A stretch of DNA of 64,000 bases. It comes from the human T2T-CHM13v2.0 reference genome, Homo sapiens. The DNA is taken from contig CP086569.2 of the NCBI GenBank assembly GCA_009914755.4, positions 15,776,001 to 15,840,000 on the forward strand. The letters are read 5' to 3'. Position 1 is the stretch's first letter; every line of letters starts with the position of its first letter. The notes beneath the pieces were generated by a model. The model did no database searches. It was not told the origin of the DNA and saw only the letters and a list, made by a program, of their open reading frames with translations. The position numbers were made by a program, and so were the translations under genes. This document shows, in pieces, positions 1-13,884 of this stretch.

Positions 1-673
1 ATATGTTTATGACACCTGTCACAGTTTAATTGCTGTTGGAATGTCAGTGCATCTTTCCAATCCTCTACATATTCCAAGGCAGCCTCAAGGGCTTGCAGTC
101 ATGCAAGCATCTTTTGATCTATATCCTGCTGTAAGAGAAGCTCATTAGACATATTTATGTCTAAGTTATATATAAAGGTAGCTGTTTGTACTGATTCAGT
201 AATAGAGGTCACAGCAACACTAGCAGTTGCCAAGAGACTATGGCTGAGACTCTAAAGACTATAAGTGTGCCTATGAATCTTTTGGGTTTTGCTTGGAACA
301 GGGCACGTTCTCAGGTGGCAAGGGCAGAGGGACCTTACTAATCATGTGTCAAATTGACTGATAGAAATGCCTCAGCTTGCCTCCTTAATACCATGACACT
401 AGTAATATTTAAATTAGATATATTATAATTAGTGATACCTGAGGTGAACCAAGCCTGTCCTTGCATTTGGGTCACAAACGTGTAGTTTTGGGGTGTAATG
501 GATATATTTTTCTCATAAAGAAAATATATGGATAGGTAGTGTAAATCAGGCACTGATCTTGTGATTATGAATAAAGGTCATAGTATAATTGTTACTGAAA
601 TTACAATATATCCTATGTCAGGTGTTAAGGGAGATGCTAAGATGTCCCAGGCACTGTAGGGTATCTTGGGATA

Positions 674-856
674 TCACATCCCTGCATTGGCCCAAATCAT
701 AGGGGAATAGGACATGGCTAAAAAACTGTGATTGATGCCATCAGGGATTTGGACATCAGTATGGTCGCCCTGCAAATGGCCTTGGGGGCTCCAGTCTAAG
801 ACATTATAATTGTCTAACTGGAGGCTACAAGCTAGTCCCCCATGACAGACCTCCAA
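674..856 (-). pseudogene. ERV env (SU) remnant
   Basis: Minus ORF ...NVLDWSPQGHLQGDHTDVQ resembles HERV-K env ...[20 protein letters not shown]. Weaker than the pol matches. Confidence 0.45.
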
Positions 857-1845
857 GCCAAAGTGGAATCCATTACTTTGTTCTTTAGTACAGGAGGAAA
901 TGTTGGGGAAAGTGGCATTAGTTGTATATCCAGTTTGAGGCTACCTGCAACCAAGAATGTTAAGGCATTTCCTTTGCCATAACGTAGCTGTAATTGTGTT
1001 TGGGCAGGTACTCAGTAAGGGTTAGAACTTTTATAACTTATACTTAGTGGGAGGATGGTGGAGTGATAGGTAGTGTTACCTGGCACCTTAGTCCAAATTG
1101 TGTCATTAATGAGGGACCCCACTGGGAGTAAGCCAATCCAATCCCTCCTAGGCAAGCAGTTACATTATTAGAGGATGAGAGGGTGTGTCTGCTCAAGTAA
1201 TAGGGAAGATGAAAGGCGGATCTAAGAGCTAAGCCCAATACAGTGTAGCAGTTACGGGTTGCAGACAAAGTGAGAGCATAAAAAAGGATAAAAACCCTAC
1301 ACGAGTTGCAATGTACAATAGAAAGCATAGAAAGGAATAAATTACATGAAGTGAATGTTGTCTGTATCCAGAGCAGGATTCGCTCAGTCTTCTGAGTTGT
1401 CTTTTCAGCATCCCCCAGTTAATGTCTGGGGCTTGTGTCATCTGAGGAAACCACGTCGTCCAGGGCTGCAGGTCCTGCAGGGTCATTTTCTTCCTTTCTG
1501 TTACTGAGCTGGGTTATAGCCACTCCATGGTATGCTTTGATGCATTGTGCTGGAATCCAAAAAGGACCTGAGGGGGTGTGAACATAAGCTTATCCTCTTC
1601 TCAAAGTTAGTAAATCATTTAGACCACACCATGCATTACTATTTACATCTTTCCATAAAACTGCATGTTTTAGGTCTTGAGAGGTTTTAACAAAGTGTTT
1701 TTCTATAGTTGACTGAAATTTATTATTTAAATTTAAGAAACCAAGGGTAAATAATGCTTATGCTAATAGTGTTGCAGGGTCCTTACTCATATTCTCTCAT
1801 TTTTGTTTTTGAGCATATTTTTAAGAGAGGAATGGACATGTTCTA

Positions 1846-2037
1846 CTATAGGCTGTCCTTGGGGGTTATAAAGGATGCCTGTGGAATATTGGGTGTGTCA
1901 CATGAGAAAAATTGTTGAAATTGTGAGCAGGCATAAGCTGGATGCTTAGCAGTTTTAATTTTTGTGGGCCACCCCATAAATGCCAAAGTTAAAAGAAGAT
2001 GTTTAATGACATTGGTTGCAATCTCCTGGAATAACAT
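1846..2037 (-). pseudogene. ERV pol integrase catalytic-core remnant
   Basis: Minus ORF ...GWPTKIKTAKHPAYACSQFQQFFSCDTPNIPQ aligns to HERV-K IN (...[38 protein letters not shown]). Confidence 0.65.
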
Positions 2038-2192
2038 GTGCGCTAATTAGGTTGATAATTGATATCAATGAATACATATACATATCTAAGTTTTCTAAAT
2101 TCAGGGACATGAGTAACATCTGTTTGCCATAACTGATTAGGTTCTAGTCCCATAGGGTTAACACCTGTTGAAAGAGAGGATGTGCCTGTGAT

Positions 2193-2741
2193 CTAGCAAT
2201 CTGGGCATTGCAGGATAATTTGTTTAAATAGTCTTTGGGTGTGTTGAAATTGTTTAGATAAGTATCTCCAATTTGGTGGAAAAAAAATGATGTGATTGGG
2301 AGGTTTGGTCAAGCAGTGATGCCATAAATTGCAGGTCTGCTTGATCATTGCCATAAGCCAGTGGTCCAAGCAATGAGATGAGGACTCAAATATATGTGAT
2401 AAAAACATGATGTGTACCTTGGTCCAGCAACTGGTGACGTCGAAGAAAAAGTCCAAATATGGTGGGCTCAAGAGTGGACTTAATGAGGGATATCTTAAGG
2501 TTTTGTAATAAGCATTGTGAGCAGAGACACTAACAATATTGATAGGCTGAGCAGAAAATGCTTCTAAGGCCAATATTAGGGCTCCAACCACAGCTTTCTG
2601 AGTGCTAGTAAATCCAGATTGAGTGAGGGAGTTATGCAATTCCCACCCAATAGCTGCTTTTTCACTTTTGCCAGAGCCATCTGTAAAAAGTGTTAAAACG
2701 TTATGTATGGGGGAGTGAATTACTTTGGTAGGCATAACCAC
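2193..2741 (-). pseudogene. ERV pol RNase H domain remnant
   Basis: 182-aa minus ORF containing LFTDGSGKSEKAAIGW and QPINIVSVSAHNAYY, which are the TDGS and catalytic-region motifs of retroviral RNase H. Confidence 0.8.
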
Positions 2742-3087
2742 AGGATTATGAGATAAGAATTGAAGTAGTATGTTAGCAGGAAGGGAATGTTCTATATGGC
2801 TTGTGTAATCCGTGTGCTAGTTGCAGGTCTAGAGATAAAGGCAAGACTTCCTGGAGTTGCATTTTACTCAAGGAAATTCTTATGACATCAGGGTCATAAC
2901 CTAGCAACTGATTGTATGATCTGTGGCCTGAATAGATGACTTTGCTAACTAGCTGGATATAGGGAGATAATGTTTTAGTCCTGGTATACGAGCAAAAAAA
3001 CCCATTCTAGTAAGTGCAGCTCTGGGGCCATTTGTCATGTTGATATTTTTGGGGAATGCTTAGTAGGAAAAACAATTGGATTGAATA

Positions 3088-3671
3088 TTATGGGTCCATG
3101 CGATCTAGTTGCCTCTGAGAAATGGCTTGCTTTGCTTCCTCAATTTCTCTTTTTGCTTCAGGAATTAAATACCTGGGAGAGGTCAGGGCTGTATTGCCCT
3201 TAAGCATAGAAAATAGGTTTTGTAACTTATCAGTAGTTATGCCTAACATGACACGAAGCCAATTAATATCACCCAGTAATTTTTGGTAATCATTTAAGGC
3301 ATATAAATTGCTAGTATTTAATTTAACATTTTGAGGTCTTACTGACCAGAAAGCTATTATGTATCCAAAATATCTCCAAGGAGAGGACATGTATACTTTT
3401 TTCAGATGCTATGATTAAACTTATTAACTGTGTATTCTTTTGAACAGAGGCATATAAACTTAAAAGTACTGGATCTGTTAGTGGCTCCTGGTAAAATATA
3501 ATCCATAAAATTAATAATCTGGCAATTAGAAAAATCTATTTTACTGGGGAGCAAAGTGTGATTTACATGATACTGACACATGGTAGGACTGTTCAGCAAC
3601 CCTTGAGGTGTGCTTTCCAAGAAATCAGTGAACTGGCCTTCATTATTGATAGCTGGTATTGTAAATGCCAA
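3088..3671 (-). pseudogene. ERV pol reverse-transcriptase remnant (palm with degenerate YxDD box FMDYIL, and thumb/connection)
   Basis: ORFs 3402-3671 (AFTIPAINNEGQ...LNSPTMCQ...FMDYIL) and 3088-3390 (LNDYQKLLGDINWLR...) on the minus strand. Homology to betaretrovirus-like RT recalled from HERV-K pol. Confidence 0.8.
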
Positions 3672-4101
3672 TTTTTCTCTTTCTTTTTCTGCAAGGGGAA
3701 TGGTATAAAATAATCTTTTAAGTAAATAATGACTATAGACTAATTTTGAGGAATCACCACAGGGGAAGGGAGCTCCTGTTGAAGGGGCCCCATAGGTTAC
3801 AGATTAGCATTAGTAGTCCATAGGTCATGTAAAAGTCTCAATTTGCCAGATCTTTTGTGTATGATGAAAATGGGCAAATTCTAAGTGCTGTTTGATGGTC
3901 CTATATGGCTGGCTTTTCATTTCTCCTCAACTAATGTATGGGCTTATTTTAATTTCTCTCCCTTTAAAGGCCACTGCTCTACCTAAATTAGATTTTGAGA
4001 GAGCCATGTTAGGGGTAGGGGAGGAACAACAACAGTGGTCATAATTAGAAAAGGGTTTGCTGTTCACATTATTCATTAAGTTCTGTCCTCTAGAGGAGGA
4101 A

Positions 4102-4881
4102 TTACTTGGCATCTAAAGTTGTTTTAGCTAGCACGGACCAGTTCCATGGGGTCATATGGAAGTTGTCTGCTAGGGCTTCAATTAATCCTTTTGTAAATGG
4201 GCTAACAGCCTCGTTGTCTCTAATGCTTTTCCTTATCTCTTTGTAAGCGTCAAAAGAAATATGTTCATATATCTGATTGCCTTGTTGATCTTGCATTACT
4301 AAACAGGCTAAGAGCTTGCTTTTAATGCTGTATGCCTAAGACAGGGTCCAATACCTGTAGTGCATCCCTTGTCTTTTTTCCAGTATATTGTGGGACGGAG
4401 CTCAGGCAAAACCTCTATTTCCTCTTTGGTATTTTTGCCTGGTAATGGTGAGGCTGAGGAATAAGGAGGAGGCAGTAATGTGGGTGACAGTTCCTCCTCC
4501 CTTCCCTTTTTAGGCTCTTCTGTGTAGAGTGAGATGAAAGCAGCCCTAACTAAGGCCCATAACCTTAGAGATTTTACTGGAATTCATTGCCCTTGTGCAT
4601 GATGTTGTCTAAAATTTTTCCTCACTTGTTCCCAGAGCTATAGATCTAGTTCTATAGAAATATAGAACCCCTCTTCTGGAACTTGGAGAGTTCAAGTAGT
4701 ATGTTACTTCAGAACCCCTAGTTCTATAGAACGCCTCTTCTGGAAACCATGGGTTATGGGAAACAACAGTTTGCATTAGGTGCCTTAATTGAGCCTGCAA
4801 AACTGAGACTCTGCTAGCTTTAAACAGCTGTTTCAATAGTTTTATATACTGCTGCCATTGAGCTGATGACTGTTTTCTCAT
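4102..4881 (-). pseudogene. ERV gag remnant (matrix N-terminus at 4881, capsid piece at 4102-4296)
   Basis: The ORF 4609-4881 starts MRKQSSAQWQQYIKLLKQLFK...HNPWFPEE (compare HERV-K gag MGQTKSKIKSKYASYLSFIKILLK...CPWFPEQ). The ORF 4102-4296 has FDAYKEIRKS...FHMTPWNWSVLAKTTL (compare capsid ...LIPYDWEILAKSSL). Confidence 0.7.
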
Positions 4882-5516
4882 GATGAAACCCTTGCCTGAA
4901 CCATTCCTTCAAACTTGGAAATCCTGAGCAGGCACCAATGACTTAATGATTGCACAGTCTCTTACCTTTTTCAAGGGATCCATTGTGATCCTTTGCAGTG
5001 TTCCTCACATGGGGCACCATCTGCCAAGTCTTCCCTACAGACTCTGGTTGAGCTATGCATGAAAGAAGTACACAGACAGGGATTATGCCTGACAGCGCGG
5101 CTAAGGGACAGCACAACCAAGCACTGCCAATGAGAATGCAGCTGCAGCAGCCTCAATAAGCCAGAGACGCTCACATTTATTTAGTACAGATTTAATGACA
5201 AAGTCCTGGAGCAAACACAATTTATGGGTAATTAACATGTCGACCCACCAAGTAGAGAGCACTCCTGCATTTCAATGATCAAATGTTGGCTTCTGGAGAC
5301 AAAGTAAACCAATTTATCTAGATAACCTCCTTTACATTCCCTTTCTATCTACTTACCCTTTGCCCTAAAGATAATTTTGCTGCCCTAAAAAGAATTTAGC
5401 TGAAGGCAGCTAAATTCTCTTCTGAAGCTTTTGCAAAATCTCTCTGCCTTCCAAGAAGGTTTGTGTCTTTCCCTAAAACTTTTATAACTTTTTCCACCAC
5501 CCTGAATGATCTTCTA

Positions 5517-6740
5517 CAGTTGAGAAAGCTGGCTAGCCATATGCAGAAAGCTGAAACTAGATCCCTTTCTTACACCTTATTCAAAAATTAACTCAAGGTA
5601 TGTTAAAGACTTAAATGTAAGAACTGAAACAATAAAAAACTTAGAAGAAAACCATTTAGGATATAGGCATGGGCAAAGACTTCATGACTAAAAAACAAAA
5701 AGCAACGGCAACAAAAGCCAAAATTGACAAATGGGATCTAATTAAACTAAAGAGCTTCTGTACAGCAAAAGAAACTATCATTAGAGTGAAAAGGCAACCT
5801 ACAGAATGGGAGAAAATTTTTGTAATCCACTCATCTGACAAAGGGCTAAAATCCAGAATCTAAAAGGAAGTTAAACAAACATACAAAAAAAAAAAGCAAC
5901 CCCATCAAAAAGTGGATGAAGGATACAAACAGATGCTTCCCAAAAAAAGACATTTATGCAGCCAATAAACATATGAAAAAAAGCTTATCACCACTGGTTA
6001 TTAGATAAACACAAATCAAATTCACAATGAGATACCATCTCATGCTAGTTAGAATGGCAACTATTAAAAAGTCAGGAAAAAACAGATGTTGGAGAGGATG
6101 TGGAGAAATAGGAATGCTTTTACAATGTTGGGAGTGTAAATTAGTTCAACCATTGTGGAAGGCAGTATGGCAATTCCTCAAGGTTGTAGAACCAAAAATA
6201 CCATTTGACCCAGCAATCTGATTATTATGTATATAGCCAACTTATTATAAATCATTCTACTAAAAAGACACATGCACACTTATGTTTTTGGGACACTGTT
6301 CACAATAGCAAAAACCTGGAACCAACCCAAATGTCCAGCAATGATAGACTGGATAAAGTAAATGTGGCACATATACACCATGGAGTACTATGCAGCCATA
6401 AAAAATGATGAATTCATAGCCTTTGCAGGGACCATGGATGAAGCTGGAAACCATCATTCTCAGCAAACTAACACAGGAACAGAAACCAAACACCACATGT
6501 TCTTACTTGTAAGTGGGATTTGAACAATGAGAACACATGGACACAGGGAGGGGAACATCACACACTGGGACCTGTCAGTGGGTGGGGGACTAGGGAAGGG
6601 ATAGCATTAGGAGAAATACCTAATATAGATGATGGGTTGATGCGTGCAGGAAACCACCAGGGCAAGTTTATACCTATGTAACAAAGCTGTATGTTCTGCA
6701 GTACTTAAAGTATAATTAAAAAAAATAGAAAAAAAAAAGG
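5517..6740 (+). mobile_element. L1 (older L1PA/L1PB-like) 5'-truncated 3' fragment: C-terminal ORF2 plus 3'UTR and A-rich tail
   Basis: Plus-strand ORFs match the ORF2 C-terminus ([36 protein letters not shown]...; [29 protein letters not shown]...). The 3'UTR motif ...ggaaaccaccagggcaagtttatacctatgtaacaaagctgtatgttctgcagtacttaaagtataattaaaaaaaa ends in an A-run at ~6721-6738. It starts immediately after ...tctaca at 5516, the putative ERV LTR end. Confidence 0.85.
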
Positions 6741-7757
6741 AAATTAAATAGGAGAAAGAAGTTGTGTGCTTGACATTTTTCCCAAGGATGGAGCTGGGTT
6801 CCACAGTGCATTAGTCACAATGAAATCTAAGCTGGTTGCTCAGAAAGAGACAGAGAAGAGGACATAGGCACCAGAATGGCCCTACCAGAAGTAGTTTGTA
6901 ATTTCAGATGCTTTATTCTTTACCCTACTCTTTGGTTAGAAATGAGACTTGGCTCCTCAAAATTAAATGTTGTATGCAGATTTTTAAGCATATGAGATTC
7001 TTTAGACGTACTTGAATGATTACCATTTGTTCTAGTTAATTCAATCTCATTTTATTTTCTTTCTGATTGGGGTTTAAGTGACCAAGGAATCAGGTTTTAT
7101 GCCTGTTTTCGGATGCTTTTTATTCCTCCCAAGAAATAAAAAAAAAATAAATATTAAAATTATACTCATTTTTTACCTAAGATTGAATTTACTTAATGAC
7201 TTACTATATTTCCATGATAAAAAAAAGTGTGTGTGTATGCATATATATGTGTATGTGTGTGTGTTTGTGTCCTGTAAGTGACTCAACATATGTAAGGGTT
7301 GATAAATTTATCAGGGGCAACAAGAGCAAATTGCTAGTATATATATTAATATAAAATTATTTATGCATGTTTGATGTGTGTAAAATAAATCATTAACATT
7401 TACATATTTAATTTCAGCTTCAAATGATGCACTTATTCAAATAAGACTTGTAATCCCAAATGTTAATGCTTATTATTTTTGCAAAAACCCCATTGAAATT
7501 TAACCATCTTCTTCCTAAATCTGTGGACTGACAGAAAAAAAACCCTGCTCTTTTTATAAAAGTAAACAAGACATTAATTTAATATTAACTTTTAAGTATG
7601 AAATTATAACATTAAAAAATGATTCTATGCCCTCTTAAAATCAGTTTCTGAATATAACTTTTTACTTTGTCCCAATATACAAATAGTTGTGAGTATGTAA
7701 CCATTGTGCTGTGTACATCTTTTTCATGATTGGATGGTCTAAAACCCTAAGTGTTCA

Positions 7758-8056
7758 GGCTGGGTTTGGTGGTTCATGCCTGTAATGCCAGAAATTTGGG
7801 AGGCTGAGTCAGGTGGATCACTTGAGACCAGGAGTTCAAGACCAGCATGGCTAAAATGGTGAAACCCCATCTCTAATAAAACAAAAAATTTCACCCTGCA
7901 TGATGGCACATGACTGTAATCCCAGATACTCAGGAGGTTGAGGGAGGAGAATCACTTGAACCCAGGGGGTGCAGGTTGCAGTGAGCTGACATCACACCCC
8001 TGCACTCCAGCTTGGGCAACAGAGTGAGGCTCCATCTCAAAATAAACAAATAAAAA
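7758..8056 (+). mobile_element. Alu (AluS-like), full length
   Basis: ggctgggtttggtggttcatgcctgtaat...ccagcttgggcaacagagtgaggctccatctc plus an A-rich tail (aaataaacaaataaaaa). Confidence 0.9.
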
Positions 8057-8576
8057 CCATAAATGTTCAATTGTATACATTCTGTAATTGGGCAAAATTT
8101 TTGTCTTATTTAAAATTTATAGTTACTTTTTGAGCAGTCTGACCCTTTGGTAGGATTTATCAGAAGAAGATAGTTTGAATTTTACAGAAATGTTTGCTGA
8201 TGTCTGAAAACCGATTTCACTTGGCTTTATTTTAAGAGCTGACAGATGGGTTTCCTGTATCACAAGATTTTTTTCTGACATTTCTCAAAAATATCAGCAA
8301 GAGGAAGCAAGATATTTAAATAGCAATTTTTAACATCCTTTGAGTCACAAACACCTTGAGTAACTGATCAAAATTACTGGCCTCAATCAGAATAATGAAC
8401 ACATGCATGTTTTCAGAATTTGAGAGGATTTTCCTTGCATACATGGATCACTGGCTAAGAATGTTTCCTTCAGAAAGTAAATTGTTGGAAAGTCAAGCTC
8501 TCTTTTTTAATTTGAGAGGAAAAGTAATTTAAAGAGATAACTATCAGCAAATATTCACAATGAAAGTGGTATGTTA

Positions 8577-9026
<450 letters not shown>

Positions 9027-9454
9027 TCAAAAATAAGAATCTGTCATGTCCTTAGTGTTCATGCAGATGTTATAAGAATAGTAAGCATTTTCAAATATTG
9101 AACTTAATATTTTAAAGGTTATTGTTTCCCAGGTACAAACGGGTACACTGACAACAAAAATTGATTGTTTAATCAGTTTTCCTTGTGAGTAACAGAGTAG
9201 CGATTTATCTTCTGTTGCTGTTGTTAGATTTTAGACTCTCCACCAGGTTCTATTTAAAAGTGTTCAATCACTGGATAAAATACATATTTTAAGTAATATT
9301 GGGGGATTCAATGTTACTTTTGACAATTTTAATTTAATATCCAGTTCCTTGAGTTACTATTTACAATAATTTCTTACAATAATAAAAGTATATACAGCTA
9401 GATGATACAGTTTCAATTGGATAGATCAACATGATGCTAAAAAAGAGTAAGATT

Positions 9455-9710
9455 GGCTTGGCTCAGTGGCTCATGAGTGTAATCCCAGCACTTTGGGAAG
9501 CTAGGTGGCAGATCACTTGAGGTCAGGAGTTTGAGGTCAGCCTGGCTAACACAGTGAAACCCCATCTCTACTAAAAAAAAAAATACAAAAATTAGCTGGA
9601 TGTGGTGGTGGACACCTGTAATCCCAACTATTTGGGAGGCTGAGGCAGAAGAATTGCTTGAAACTAGGAGGCAGATGTTGCAGTGAGCAAAAGATGGAGC
9701 CACTGCACTG
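9455..9710 (+). mobile_element. Alu, 3'-truncated (no A-tail)
   Basis: ggcttggctcagtggctcatgagtgtaatcccagcactttgggaagc...gttgcagtgagcaaaagatggagccactgcactg, then unrelated sequence. Confidence 0.85.
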
Positions 9711-11916
9711 AGATGTTTTATATGTTGTTCTTTGTGATGCTTACTTGGTTACATCAGTTTTTTTTTTTACCAAAGTGCATTAAGCTGCATAATTATGGGG
9801 TATACAGTCTTTCCTGTATACATTTTAACTTAGTCACTATTTGTAAAGACAATAAGCTAAGTTTCACCACTGATAACATATATCTCTAAAAGGAACAATT
9901 TTACAGGATTTTCATAGGGCTTATGCAATACATTTTATGTATCAAATAATATTCTGTGGGATTAGTGTGCCTGACAACACAATCTATGAAACTGTCATTT
10001 ACATGGTATTTAGTATTTAAAGACAACATCAAATTATAACCCATTTGTTAAAATGAATGTTTCCCTTTGAAATGATTAGACTTTGAAAAACTGCCTTAGG
10101 TGGCATATCTCACTGTTAAGTGATTCCAAATGACACATTACTACAGAAAGTTAAAGTGGATATTTTGAATTTCACTGTTAGAAACATAAAACTAATTCTC
10201 AAGAGTAAATATCAGTGAATGGAACTAATTAAAAGATACTATAACATTTGTTTATTTTCTTCATATATATTTTTAACAGGCATACATAATAAACTGAAAT
10301 TTTTTTCTAAATCCAGTTTCTTATGTTCTAAATGATGCTAAGAAAATACTTTTTAAGTTTATTTTTCTGTCTTAAAATTTATTAGAACCATCACACACTC
10401 CAGCACACTAGTGAACACTAGAGAACCTACTAATTTTTCAGATAAACTCTCATAAGTGCACACATAGAAATGAGTGATACAATAGCTGTGAAAAATAATA
10501 TTGCTAAGCTAATCTAATTATCTTACCTATAAAACAATGATAGGCTAGGGAAGAAAGTCACTTACTATTTGTTAGATATCTTCAATAATGTCAATTATTT
10601 GGGGGAACAGAATATAAAACTTTCAACTCATTAGAAAAAACATAACCTTGAGGATTTCCTGAGTGTATTTTAAAAATGAGAATTCATGCTCTTATGGGGT
10701 GAATTGATAGTGATTCATTTTTAAGCACATTCATTTCATGCAAATTTATGAGGGTGCATTTTTCCTCCTTATACTCTTGGTAGGTACTAAATCTGCAAAC
10801 TTCAACACTTCTAAAGGAGAATGAATTGTTTTGCTACACATTCTAAGCAAAGGAATGTTGAATAAGATTTTGACAGATCCTTTTAACGAAGTGATTTTAA
10901 TTTCTATATTAATACAATAAAATATAGAAAGCTAACATAACTTGAATAAAAATGGTTAACAACTTAAGGGAATTTGAAGCTACAATTGAACTTGTTTCCA
11001 TGAATTGCCATTAATCAATTTGCTCTATCCCTTGCCTATGAGCTAAAACAATAAACCATAGTTGTTATTTCTGTTTTTGTTCCTCACTACTAAAACTAAC
11101 AGAAGAGCAAGCCAATAGATAAAATAATATATATTATAAATCACTTGGAGAAAAATATAACCCATTGGAGAATGGAAACGTCCTTCAAATATTCATAAGG
11201 TTCAAATGGATTTTTTGCCTGTTTGCATGCTAACTCTCATCTGAACATCTCAAGTGCATTGTCAACTTTCATTTTAAATAGAATTTGTGCATGATATTAA
11301 ACCAGTTACTTCTCTGTTTTACTGTTTTTTCTTTCATTGCTTTGCGTTTGAGAGTGGAAATTTTTTTCCAGGTTTTATACAAAGATCTGAGATGTTGGAT
11401 CAATATATATGTATTTTTTGAGACGTAACTTACATACAAAAAATGCATAAATTCAAAGGACTGTTTTTGATGATTTTCATCTATTGTATACATCCATATG
11501 ACAATGAACCAATTTAGGATACAGAACTTTTTCATTACTTTAGAAAATCACCCCATCTAACCATTCTCCACCAACTAACTCTTCAACAGAGGGATGTTTT
11601 CCTAACTTCTATTGCCCTGAAAATGTTTTTTCCTGTTCTTGTGTTCCTTAATAATAAGAAAATATGACATGTATCTCTGTAGATTTTTAACTCAATAAAA
11701 CACTTTTGAGATTCATCATGATGTTGTCTTTGTCAGTAACGTATTCATTTTTATTGCAGTTCTGTATTCCCTTGAACAAATACATCACAGTTTCTCTTTT
11801 TTTTCCAGATGTTGGGCATTTGGGTTTTTTCCAGGTTTTGACTCTTCTATAAAGATTTGTATATCTTTGTAGAACATATTTCACATAGGTAATCTTCTGT
11901 AATTCCTTTTGTGATT

Positions 11917-12780
11917 TTTTTTCCTATGACCACACACTTAATATATACATATACTTTAAGTTGTGGGATACATGTGCAGAACGTGCAGGTTTGTTACATA
12001 GGTATACACGGGCCATGGTGGTTTGCTGCACGTATCAACCTGTCATCTACATCAGGTATTTCTCCTAATGCTATCCCTCTTCTAACCCCGCAGCCCTCAA
12101 CATGCCACTGTGTGTGATGTTCCCCTCCCTGTGCCCATATGTTCTCATTGTTCATGTCCCACTTATGAGTGAGAATATGTGGTGTTTGGTTTTCTGTTCC
12201 TGTGTTAGTTGGCTGAGAATGATGGTTTCCAGCTTCAGCCATGTCCCTGCAAAAGACATAACTCATCCTTTTTTATGGCTACAGAGTATTTCATAGTGTG
12301 TATGTGCCACACTTTCTTTATCGAGTCTATCACTGAGGGCAATTGGATTGGTTACAAGTCTATGCTATTGTGAATAGTATGGCAGGAAACATACATGTAC
12401 ATGTGTCTTTATAGTAGCATAATTTATAATCCTTTGGGTATATACCCAGTAATGTGATTGCTGGGTCAAATGATATTTCCGGCTCTTGATCCTTGAGGCA
12501 TCACCACACTGTTTTTCCACAATGGTTGAACTAACTTACACTCCCACCAACAGTATAAAAGCATTCATATTTCTCCACATGCTCTCCAGCATCTGTTGTT
12601 TCCTGACATTTTATTGATTGTCATTCTAACTGGTAGGAGATTGTAACTCATTGTGATTTTGATTTTTGTTTCTCTAATGATCAGTAATGATGAGCTATTT
12701 TTCATAGGTTTGTAAGCCACATAAATGTCTTTCTTTGAGAAGTGTCTGTTGCTATCCTTTGTCCACTTTTTGATTTTTTT
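11917..12780 (-). mobile_element. Older L1 (L1PA-old/L1PB-like), 3' end. This is part A of a 5'-truncated ~3.35 kb L1 that was later split by the full-length L1 insertion.
   Basis: Poly-T, then the reverse-complemented L1 3'UTR/ORF2 end (atactttaagttgtgggatacatgtgcagaacgtgcaggtttgttacataggtatacacgggccatggtggtttgctgcac..., ...gagtgagaatatgtggtgtttggtttt...). It ends at ...tgtccactttttgattttttt, which is collinear in the L1 consensus with the restart at 19261. Confidence 0.85.
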
Positions 12781-13683
12781 AAGGTTACTTTTTTTTATTA
12801 TACTTTAAGTTTTAAGGTACATGTGCACAATGTGAAGGTTAGCTACATATGTATACATGTGCCATGTTGCTGTGCTGCACCCATTAACTCGTCATTTAAC
12901 ATTAGGTATATCTCCTAATGCTATCCCTCCACCCTGCCCCGACCCCACGACAGGACACAGTGTGTGATGTTCCCCTTCCTGTGTCCATGTGTTCTCATTG
13001 TTCAATTCCCACCTATGAGTGAGAACATGCGGTGTTTGGTTTTTTGTCCTTGCAATAGTTTGCTGAGAATGATGGTTTCCAACTTCATCCATGTCCCTAC
13101 AAAGGATATGAATTCATCATTTTTTATGGCTGCATGGTATTCCATGGTGTATATGTGCCACATTTTCTTAATCCAATCTATCATTGTTGGACATTTGACT
13201 TGGTTCTAAGTCTTTGCTATTGTGAATAGTGCTGCAATAAACATACGTATGCATGGGTCTTTATAGCAGCATAATTTATAATCCCTTGGGTATATACCCA
13301 GTAATGGGATAGCTGGGTCAAATGGTATTTCTAGTTCTAGATCCTTGAGGAATCGCCACACTGACTTCCACAATGGTTGAACTAGTTTACAATCCCACCA
13401 ACAATGTAAAATTGTTCCTATTTCTCCACATCCACTCCAGCATCTGCTGTTTCCTGACTTTTTAATGATTGCCATTCTAACTGGTGTGAGATGGTATCTC
13501 ATTGTGGATTTGATTTGCATTTCTCTGATGGCCAGTGATGATGTGCATTTTTTCATGTGTCTTTTGGCTGCATAAATGTCTTCTTTTGAGAAGTGTCTGT
13601 TCATACACTTCTCCCATTTTTGATGGGGTTGTTTGTTTTTTTCTTGTAAATTTGTTTGTGTTCATTGTAGTTTCTGGATATTA

Positions 13684-13884
<201 letters not shown>

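Larger units (their letters stand above)
1..5516 (-). mobile_element. Degraded HERV-K superfamily (HML-like, class II) provirus remnant in minus orientation. Layout on the minus strand: partial env (window begins inside it), pol IN, RNase H, RT, then an internal deletion where protease/dUTPase should be, shortened gag, leader and putative 5' LTR (~4890-5516). HML group undetermined.
   Basis: Minus-strand ORF translations match retroviral domains in the canonical order. RT thumb has LNDYQKLLGDINWLR...LIPEAKREIEEAKQAISQRQLDRMDP (compare HERV-K LNDFQKLLGDINWIRP...[26 protein letters not shown]). RNase H has LFTDGSGKSEKAA...QPINIVSVSAH (compare VFTDGSSNGKAAY...QPINIISDSAY). IN core has PTKIKTAKHPAYACSQFQQF (compare [20 protein letters not shown]). 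gag MA has ...HNPWFPEE (compare CPWFPEQ). gag CA has FHMTPWNWSVLAKTTL (compare LIPYDWEILAKSSL). Many stops and frameshifts. Only ~430 bp lie between the gag CA and RT matches, so the protease region is deleted. Confidence 0.75.

Noticed and set aside
4660-4750. Imperfect direct repeat tctatagaa(a/c)(c/g)cctcttctggaa(c/a) (two to three copies)
   Set aside because: It lies within the ERV gag/leader remnant, is short and imperfect, and is probably a local duplication with no array structure. Not a CRISPR-like or regulatory repeat.
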